Made by a program: the position numbers and the translations under genes. From the NCBI GenBank assembly GCA_950097015.1, contig CATNEN010000033.1, forward strand, positions 2,728,001 to 2,792,000: a DNA stretch of 64,000 bases, read 5' to 3'. Below, one piece after another: positions 54,901 through 64,000 of the stretch (its first letter is position 1; every line of letters starts with the position of its first letter). Origin of the DNA: Macrostomum hystrix. Lineage: Eukaryota; Animalia; Platyhelminthes. The notes under the pieces are model-generated. The model made no database searches. It was not told the origin of the DNA and saw only the letters and a list, made by a program, of their open reading frames with translations.

Positions 54901-55765
54901 CAAGATTCAGAGTAATTTCCGTTATGAATCTCTGGATTAATAAATCCCATGCGTAATATTCCTATTCGGAGATGCCCATCACGAATAGCAAATCCTGTCG
55001 CTCCGCATTCGGCAGGTGCTGCAGGACGACCTTGATCCTGACGTGTTCATCGTCAGCCTTGACGACGCCCGCATTATTCGCCAGCGCGGCGACGAGTCCC
55101 GCCTGCTGCCGCGGAAGCTCCGCCGAGCCTGCCTGGCCAGCCTGGCCGGGTCCCGGCGCCTGGAGGCCACCAGGCGGGCAGGCGAACTGCTGGTCATCCG
55201 GACCTTCCTGCAGCTGTTCGCCGTGGTTGTCGGCCACTACGCCGATCACGTGACTGTCGGCCGCGCCGACGGTCGGCGGCGCTTCGATCGCGAGGCATTC
55301 TGCTCGGCGCCGCGCTCCCGCGGCCTGCGCGCTCTCCTTCGCGTGCTGGCTGTCACCGGCAACTTCCATGTCTTCATCAGCGACGTCCTGGACGGCAGCG
55401 CCTACGCGGCCAGCAAGCTGACTGTGGGCAGCGTCCTGCGCGACTTCGATCAGGCTGTGAGAGATTTTCAACTCGACTCTCAGCGACGCGGTGGCGAAAA
55501 TGGCGGCCTCTTGAACGGCCTTCGGCGTCAGGTTCGCCGTCTGCTGTCGGGCGAGTCGTCGAATGACGAGGTGCGGCGGAGTCGACGAAGTCGCGGACGC
55601 AGCGGCACGTCGGCGGCAACTGGCTCCGCCGCGGCCGCAGTCGCCGCCTTTTCCAGCGCGTCAGCTTCCGCGTCAGCTACAGCGCCGCTCAGCAGCTCCT
55701 ACCCTTCCAGACCCAGCGGGTCCTTGAGGTCGTGGGGCCAGCCCGCACTGCCGCCCCGCAGATGA
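51951..55765 (+). CDS. DENND2: DENN-domain Rab GEF, DENND2/ST5-like
   Basis: Exons 51951-52394 (start uncertain), 52862-53867, 54298-54686 and 55016-55765 join in frame. uDENN: SFCFPDA, FSFVITE...FYGYC, AVCIVS. cDENN: LHERQIALVS...LLYPLRWQHTLVPVVP...CSPTPFILGV, DVFIVSLD. dDENN: FLQLFAVVVGHY, FDREAF. Confidence 0.85.
52476..52700. repeat. 24-bp repeat (CCACTGGATTATCTCCTCCTAAAT)
   Basis: Read directly; DENN intron. Confidence 0.85.
54002..54270. repeat. 21-bp minisatellite (GTTATCCTATCTCACCTGTCT)
   Basis: Read directly; DENN intron. Confidence 0.95.
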
Positions 55766-55819
55766 GGCCTCGGCTGTGGTCTGGGTGTCACGGACCATTA
55801 TCGATTCAGCTGGCTAGCC

Positions 55820-56286
55820 TAGTCCACTGAGTGTGACCCACCAAGATTGACCCAGCGAAAGTGTGACCCGCCAAGATTGACCCAGTGATAGTGTGACCCA
55901 CCAAGACTGACCCAATGATAGTTTGACCCACCAAGACTGACCCAGTGTTAGTGTGACCCGCCAAGACTGACCCAATGATAGTGTGACCCGCCAAGATTGA
56001 CCCAGTGATAGTGTGACCCACCAAGGCTGACCCAATGATAGTTTGACTCACCAAGATTGACCCAGCGATAGTGTGACCCGCCAAGATTGACCCAGTGATA
56101 GTGTGACCCGCCAAGACTGACCCAATGATAGTGTGACCCACCAAGACTGACCCAATGATAGTGTGACCCACCAAGATTGACCCAGTGATAGTGTGACCCA
56201 CCAACATTGACCCAGTGATAGTATGACCCACCAACATTGACCCAAGATTGACCCAATCATTGTTTGACTCACCAAGAGTGACCCAG
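55820..56286. repeat. 30-bp minisatellite (GATAGTGTGACCCACCAAGATTGACCCAGT)
   Basis: Read directly; just 3' of the DENN stop codon. Confidence 0.95.
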
Positions 56287-56928
56287 CAATTTTTTGACCA
56301 AACAAATATTGACCTGGCTAGCAAGACCCGTTAATATATGGACTTCAATTCCGCCTCCTCAATTTCTGCTCGCTTATCTGTCTATTTATAGTTTCCAGCT
56401 ACTCTGAAACATTCCATTTCTTGTTTTCAGTTTTCGCACCTGTTCTTAGGCAAAATTCATTGGGTTCCTAATCATTTTGAATCATTGGCGTACCTTTGTC
56501 TTTCTTTATATAATGCTCTTGAAGCCTATTCATGCTTGGCTGTGTGTAAATGCTAAATTTTGTTATTTTCTACTTATATCTTAATAAATCATTCCTATAT
56601 TTTAGCCTCATCAAAGTCGCGCTGTGTTTTACTGCCCTGTTCCAAACAGAAAATTGCCAACCTTACATGCGCCCTTTAATGCGTCGAAATTGCTGCCTAA
56701 TTTGCTTTCTTAGAATGCGTTGCGTTCTGGTATATCATAAATACAAACATATAGCAGGTATATATTTACCTGAATACTAATTCAACTAGCTACCGTCTCT
56801 CACTGTGTCGGTTTTGGCTGTGTGAAAATTAGCCTGACATTCCACAAACTTCATGCTAATCACTAATCATTTATTCAGATTTCACTTCGTCTTCTTCCTA
56901 TTTCTGAATGTTTTGCGGCGGAATTCTT

Positions 56929-56983
56929 GTCGCCATAGCAACGCACTTGTTGCCTCGCCGAATTTTCTGGTTGTCTTGGAAAC
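56929..56983. promoter_or_regulatory. Pair of RFX X-box-like motifs
   Basis: GTCGCCATAGCAAC (56929-56942) and GTTGTCTTGGAAAC (56970-56983) fit the X-box pattern GTNRCC-N-RGYAAC / GTTNYYATGGNAAC; the first is an excellent match. Confidence 0.55.
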
Positions 56984-57011
56984 TAAAAATATTTTGGCTC
57001 GAAAAAGGACT

Positions 57012-57837
57012 GATCCCAGCTGATTGGATTGCTAATCTATCCCAGCTGATTGGATTGCTAATTTATCCCATCTGATTGGATTGCTAATCTATCCCATCTG
57101 ATTGGATTGCTAATCTATCCCATCTGATTGGATTGCTAATCTATCCCATCTGATTGGATTGCTAATCTATCCCATCTGATTGGATTGCTAATCTATCCCA
57201 GCTGATTGGATTGCTAATTTATCCCATCTGATTGGATTGCTAATCTATCCCATCTGATTGGATTGCTAATCTATCTCAGCTGATTGGATTGCTAATCTAT
57301 CTCAGCTGATTGGATTGCTAATCTATCTCAGCTGATTGGATTGCTAATCTATCCCATCTGATTGGATTGCTAATCTATCCCATCTGATTGGATTGCTAAT
57401 CTATCTCAGCTGATTGGATTGCTAATCTATCCCATCTGATTGGATTGCTAATCTATCTCAGCTGATTGGATTGCTAATCTATCTCAGCTGATTGGATTGC
57501 TAATCTATCCCATCTGATTGGATTGCTAATCTATCCCATCTGATTGGATTGCTAGTCTATCCCAGCTGATTGGATTGCTAATCTATCCCAGCTGATTGGA
57601 TTGCTAGTCTATCCCATCTGATTGGATTGCTAATCTATCCCAGCTGATTGGATTGCTAATCTATCCCATCTGATTGGATTGCTAATCTATCCCATCTGAT
57701 TGGATTGCTAATCTATCCCATCTGATTGGATTGCTAATCTATCCCATCTGATTGGATTGCTAATCTATCCCAGCTGATTGGATTGCTAATCTATCCCATC
57801 TGATTGGATTGCTAATCTATCTCAGCTGATTGGATTG
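57012..57837. repeat. 26-bp minisatellite (CTGATTGGATTGCTAATCTATCCCAT)
   Basis: Read directly. Confidence 0.96.
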
Positions 57838-58060
57838 TAAAGTTGAGTTGAAAACCACGGAATTAGAAGTTCAAATCACGTATACATTGTACAGTAACTT
57901 CAAGTTGACTTTTGTATCAATATATTTGGGTACCTATTTTCGTTATAACAGCGAGCATTACAAAAGAGCTTTAAAAACTACATGGGTTTCATAATTTATG
58001 CCCAGTGGCAGTTCTGAGACAGTAAATTGGAAATTTCTGCTCCTGTGCTGAGCACAATGC

Positions 58061-60923
58061 TCAGGTCTTCCGTCGGGTGATGTGGTCGTAGATCACGACC
58101 TGGGTGTACTTTGGCGACTCGATGATGGTCCTGGTTGAGTTGTCGCCAGGGTTGCTGGCCTGAGTTTGAGTTCGGATTGGGAAGTGAAATTAGCACCACA
58201 TTTTATTTCCGAATTCTAACAAAAATGCCGCACAGACAAGCAGAGCCTCACATTGGGATCCACATTAAGAATCTTGCGATCGCGCTTGTTTTTGAACAAC
58301 AAACCGGGGGCGTTATCGGCAATCACCGAGTAGTTTTGTGTCGGTGTCGACGACACATTGTGAGTCTCCCAGTTGTAGAAGCTGGTTTGGATTTCGATGG
58401 ATTATTACACGACATTACACTTTTCAGATTAAATCAGATTTCAGATTTTGAGGAAATGAGGTGGGGAAGGGAGTGAGGTGAGACGGAGTTGGTTGAGGAA
58501 GGGAGTGAGGTGTGACAGGGAGTGAGGTGTGACAGGGAGTGAGGTGTGACAGGGAGTGAGTTGGGACAGGGAGTGAGATGTGACAGGGAGTGAGGTAGGA
58601 CAGGGAGTGGGGTGGGGAAGGGAGTGGGGTGGGGAAGGGAGTGGGGTGGGAAGGGAGTGAGGTTGGACAGGGAGTGTGTTGGGACAGGGAGTGAGGTGAG
58701 ACAGGGAATGGGGGTGGGACAGGGAGTGAGTTGGGACAGGGAGTGAGATGTGACAGGGAGTGAGGTAGGACAGGGAGTGAGGTGTGACAGGGAGTGAGTT
58801 GGGACAGGGAGTGAGATGTGACAGGGAGTGAGGTAGGACAGGGAGTGGGGTGGGGAAGGGAGTGGGGTGGGGAAGGGAGTGGGGTGGGAAGGGAGTGAGG
58901 TTGGACAGGGAGTGTGTTGGGACAGGGAGTGAGGTGAGACAGGGAATGGGGGTGGGACAGGGAGTGAGGTGAGACAGGGAATGGGGGTGGGACAGGGAGT
59001 GAGGTTTCATGGCTGATTGAGCCAAATTTCTAAGCTTTGAGCGCCGCAACGGCTCACCTCAGATCGGAGGGTCTGGGCAGGAGGCGCCGCCGCTCGTTAA
59101 AGTAGGGCTCAAAGTCCTCCATCTTGAGCCTGTGAGCATAGTCGATGTAGCCCGAGATCTCCTGGCCTTTGTTGTTTTTGTCCCGGATGAAAATTATCGA
59201 CTGAATAAAAGAGGTCGATCCTGATTTAGAAAAACTTTTTATGCTAAATTAGTTCTGCAAGCCGACCGTCCGGCAGGACTACTCACCGTCATCTTTCCAC
59301 TCCTGTTTGCCTCCTCGCGATTGGCCAATGCCTTCAGGAACGGGTCCTTGAACTCCTTGCCCGAGCTGGACAGGGCTCTGGAGAAATTTGATGTATTCAA
59401 CTAACTGCTGGTAAAAAATACTCGTAATTTTGTTTTATAGCTGCTACTCAGAGTAGACAAATATGCGTTTTGCTACTATAAAAAGTATGGTAGTAAATGA
59501 AATCGAAGACGAGCAGCATATGCCGCTTCTACAAGTAAGACAGGCTGCTTGTAAATACGAGTAAATATAGCATGTTCAGCTAGGTAGCTACTGATAGAAA
59601 TAGAAGGCTGTTTGCTACTTGTTTAACAAAAAACTAGCTGATTTCGCATTAAAGGAACTGTAATCAATAGTTACGAATGGTATTCGTTGAAGTGTAGTTC
59701 AAAAACGGAAAAAACCGATAACATGGGACGCTAAACAAATCGTTTCATCTGGGACTCTGTCTAGGAATTGCTTGGCGTTTGTGGAGGCATTCGGGATTTG
59801 TGCAGGGATTTGGGATTTGTGGATGGATTCGGGATTTGTAGAGGGATTCGGGATTTGTGGATGGATTCGGGATTTGTGGATGGATTCGGGATTTGTAGAG
59901 GGATTCGGGATTTGTGGATGGATTCGGGATTTGTAGAGGGATTCGGGATTTGTGGATGGATTCGGGATTTGTGGATGGATTCGGGATTTGTAGAGGGATT
60001 CGGGATTTGAAGAGGGATTCGGGATTTGTAGAGGGATTTTGGATTTGTGGAGGCTTTCGGAATTCAAAGACACTCTGGATTTAGTAGGGATTAGGGATTG
60101 GGTATGACAGATTTGAAGAGTTGATGGAGATTTTTGTCAGCAGTTTGAAAATAACCAGGGACTGCACCTCAAAACCTGCTAGGCTCTTGTATTCTAGCTA
60201 GTCGTAAAAGAATAAACAAAAAAGAAAGAAACACTCTAGAGATACTACTTTCAAACTCGAATCAAGCACTCAAACGCGCAAGCATATTTTTTTAATTCGT
60301 AGCACTACACGAATACAGGAAACTGTCGCTAATCTGGCAGCTACTGATTACTAGTCACTTACACGTGCTCCTCCCTTGATTGACGAACGAATATTACCGA
60401 GAAAAAGGATAAAATGAGGAGCATTGAAATTCGTACATCTTTTTAAGACAATTGAGCTTTCTCAACTTTCTCTAGATACGCTCGTAGTATTGGGATTTTT
60501 CCTGAGACAATTTTTCTTTATATCCTGGACAGAATATATTTGACTTATGAAAGTTCGGACATTGCTGTGAAATGAGGACAGCTCGGAACTCACTTCTGCT
60601 GCGTTTGTTTTGACAGCTTGGCGGCCTCGGCTGCCTCCTTCCTGGCCGCGAACTCCTCGCGCTTCAGCACCTCGCCGCTGCCGCGGTAGCCCAGCTCAAC
60701 CAGCTGGCGCGCCAGCTCCTCATCCTGGCGGGAGGGATTTGGCGGGTCAGCACCGATTCCAGGCTTGCGCCACTGTTTCTTAATGCCCTAACATTCCTAA
60801 ATGCTACTAGCATACCTCAAGATAGTGCAGATCCAACGGTGTGACCTGACTGTCGAGAAAGTCTTCATAAGTGTTAAACTCCGTGACGATGCTGTCCGCT
60901 CCTCCGACTGCTTCGTCTTCCAT
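58061..60923 (-). CDS. CFAP299: Cilia- and flagella-associated protein 299 (C4orf22-like), 6 exons, 233 aa
   Basis: Exons 60923-60816, 60724-60594, 59377-59287, 59200-59058, 58381-58252 and 58159-58061. Translation includes [88 protein letters not shown] and YDHITRRKT*. Confidence 0.95.
58460..59005. repeat. G-rich GACAGGGAGTGAGGT compound minisatellite
   Basis: Read directly; CFAP299 intron 4. Confidence 0.92.
59770..60050. repeat. 20/40-bp GGGATTCGGGATTTGTAGA / GTGGAT repeat
   Basis: Read directly; CFAP299 intron 2. Confidence 0.92.
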
Positions 60924-63145
60924 TTTCTAGCTGAAAAAAGATCAACGGTTTTTTAATAATTTAGTTTTTTTGTTTTCAATTCATTCACATTTTTTAACGG
61001 TAGCGCGTTTTGTGCTTGAGCTTTTATTAATTAATTTAAATAATATATATACATATTCTTGTATATCTAGACAGTCATTTCTGTACGAGTTATTTCTGTT
61101 CATTTCTCGTACAATGGAGTTTTGCACATATACTCACAAAAACACAAAAATCATAAATAGTACCAGAATTACAAGATTACAAAACTTGCACAGCTGCTTG
61201 CACTTAATAATCGCAAACATTACATGTTTACTAAAAATTATTAATGTTGTTTTACATGATTAGTTTTATTAAAATTTCACATATTTAACTTTCATAATAC
61301 GGTAAGCTTTACTGCCTCTCTATGTATTAAAAATATGTATATGAAATAGCATTATATACAAATCATAAATAGTTGTTCTATTTAACTTGTCATTATTTAT
61401 CACGTAACAATTCATTAAAATTATTGAAAGTGTAAGCAAATCATCAGCAATGATTTTCTTTGTTTAATAGTCGCTGATTCATATAAATAAATATTAAACT
61501 GTTTTTTATTCAATCATAAAACGCTTCTAATGTTCGTTTTGCATTTTGGAGAAGAAAGACTTCGCGTTCCAGAGGAAGACTACGTGTAAAGCAACAACAA
61601 CAAAGCTAACTTTCCCTGCTGGCAAAGAGCTTCTTAATTTACGTCCCTGTCAAAATTTATTAATGAGCTTAATTATCTAATGAACTTAAGCCATATATAC
61701 TGCAATTACCAATTTAGAGGCAAGATCAAAAAGTAAGGACGACTTGGTTGTTTGTTTGCAAAGATGTTTAAAAATGCTATAGTCATTACTTTAAATATAG
61801 TGCGTACTTGGAAACCTTAAACTAGACATAAGTAAAACAAAATAAATGATCTTTATTGTTACATTGTTAAGAAAAAGTTTAAGACACTCTTGATTAATAT
61901 ATAAAAAAAGGAATACAATTTCGCACGATTCTTTCTTAGACCTGACATAGAGATCGTCATGTAACAATTGGTATGCATGGCGATTAACTTACGGAATAAC
62001 GTACGAGGATATGAGTTTTTATTTTTACTAAAGAAAGCATTTTCACTAAAATTCTGCAACGGGCAGCGGTCTTTACATTTTTCATGAGGAAGAGTGTGAC
62101 TTACAAAGTATAGAGGACTTTCAAAGGAAAGATACGTGTATAGTTATAACAATTGTTTATTTGTGTAACGTGTTTTCGTGTCTTATAGTAGTCCTTCCTC
62201 GGGAAACCTACAGCTGATCGTTAGCAGTTTATTCTATATTTATTGTCCAGATTAAACTGCTTTCATAGCATTGCGTATATGATTATGGATATGATGTAAC
62301 AGCGACTTAGGGGGGGGGACATTTTTTAGAATGTACAAGCCATAATTCCCTTCCCTGTTCGATCCTTCTATGACTAATCCCCAGTGACAGTGACATTGAA
62401 ACTTTAAATCATAAATGTTTTTAAATCATGCGATCACGGTGGGTGCGCGTGCCTCTTGCTCTATTAAAGGAAAGCGGCGCGGGCCACTTTCTAGTCAAGA
62501 TCTTACCGGTACTACACCCAATTGAAAGTTTACATTTGTTCGAGTACCTAACTGGTTTCGCTTGTTACACTCACTCATCGTATGAGCTTCATCCGTTTGA
62601 GTCATATTTTCGTTCACCAGTGTCTATGAGAAAGTCTCAGTCAATTCGGCAACTCGCCTCGAGTCGTCTGATCGGTTCGTTTGATTTTGGCGCTCCAGGC
62701 GAGAGCACACGCCTGAGGTTACGATAAACAATAATATAAAGTAAGGGACCAATCCCCTCGGTGCCTGCAGGATCTTGGCCACTCAGTCACACCCAAAGCT
62801 TCCAAAAATTCATCAGTCTAGGTGGAGTAGTTACGGAGGGATGAGGCCCAGTTCTCCCATTGCTATCCCTCTGGAGCCGAACAAACAATATATTTTTTGT
62901 TTTATATTTTTTCGGCGCATTTTCCAATTATCTGAGGAGAAAAGAGAACATATTGAAACGGCCATGAAAGCTCGATTCCAGCAGACAACCCGTATTTGTG
63001 CTGTGCCGGCGGAAAATGCGCTCCCAACCAGTAGATTGGTGTGTACTTGTAGGACTAGCGACCATTGGTCACGATGAGGGCAGCATGGGGAGGCGATGTG
63101 CTGGCGACTTCGGGCTCAGGTGTGTTTAACAGTCATCGGCAACCT

Positions 63146-63338
63146 CTACTCGAGCGTCGCCTGCCACCGCGTCACGACGCCGTCGTCGAAGCGTTTGGGA
63201 GTCCATGTAAATAGGCCGAATAAATTGGTTTTGGCCGCGTTCGTGGAGTTTTGAGTTTTTCTGGGGCTCTCGGCGAGGTCGGTATAAGGCCCATAGCGTA
63301 GGATGTACTCAAAGTGAGATATTAATGAGATGGCACAG
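63146..63338 (-). CDS. Possible terminal exon of an unidentified gene, or a 5' UTR segment of CFAP299
   Basis: CAG acceptor followed by an open frame CAISLISHFEYILRYGPYTDLAE...RWQATLE*. No recognisable motif. Confidence 0.2.
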
Positions 63339-64000
63339 CTGCACCAGCAGAGATGGCAGACTAGGAGACCACAACATATGTGCCTTGAAAATGAAATGAT
63401 ACATTGTACATTAAAGTAAACCGGTCTTTATGGCCTCTTCTTGTTTAAAAATGTTGAGTGATGGAATATATAATTTTTGTTTAGTACATTACAATATACG
63501 CATAAGCTAAAAAGTTTATTAATAAAAAGTGCAACTATCAATATAAACAATTAATTATTATATTATATGCAATATATTTTACAATATATAATACATATCA
63601 TCATATTTTTTAATGTTATATTTTGTGATATATTTAATATATCATAAATGTTCCATAAAAGTCATTGGTATTCACTCCGTCTAAATGTTCTCACTCACCT
63701 GTTCTTATGATTTATTTAGAACGTTAAAAGCAAAAATTTAAATTCTTCAGCTTCATCAGAAATACCAAATGTATAAGAAATACAGAAAGGGCAAAGGACT
63801 CATTTTTTTTGCTTAGGACTGGCCCTAATATCAAAGTTTCTAAAGTAGCAGCTTTTCCAATTGTTTCGCTTCTCTCACAATTTTTATTATAGTCTTATTG
63901 CTCGATTCAAAGTTAAGTTGTTGAAAGTAACATGTAACTCGTAGTTGGATAATGAATACAGTGTATATACAGTTCATGTATATTTATAGCACATGTGTTA

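Overview
This is animal genomic DNA, not prokaryotic. It has GC-rich GT-AG exons, AT-rich spacers and tandem repeats in most long introns; the style suggests a free-living flatworm such as Macrostomum, which is an inference only. Most long ORFs in the six-frame track are repeat artefacts. I assembled six spliced genes by hand, checking that phases match at every junction: a GH20 beta-N-acetylhexosaminidase (-, ~257-9323), a compact Prospero/Prox homeobox gene (-, 13559-17682), an FHAD1-like FHA/coiled-coil gene (-, ~23360-35524), a small secreted CUB+PAN-like gene (+, 42506-44587) with a 5'-truncated paralogue (36936-37417), a DENND2-like gene (+, ~51951-55765) and CFAP299 (-, 58061-60923). 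Mobile DNA includes a damaged Ty3/Gypsy element lacking its 3' LTR, a probable solo LTR, two hAT MITEs with 8-bp TSDs, a non-autonomous Helitron-like element, tRNA-derived SINEs, and a 178-bp satellite with an inverted arm. The most notable patterns are: bimodal introns (short and repeat-free versus minisatellite-filled), minisatellites carrying decoy splice signals, a dispersed hairpin minisatellite family, a possibly membrane-anchored hexosaminidase, an eh1-like motif on the Prospero protein, a candidate FHAD1 cassette exon, and an orphan pair of RFX X-boxes.
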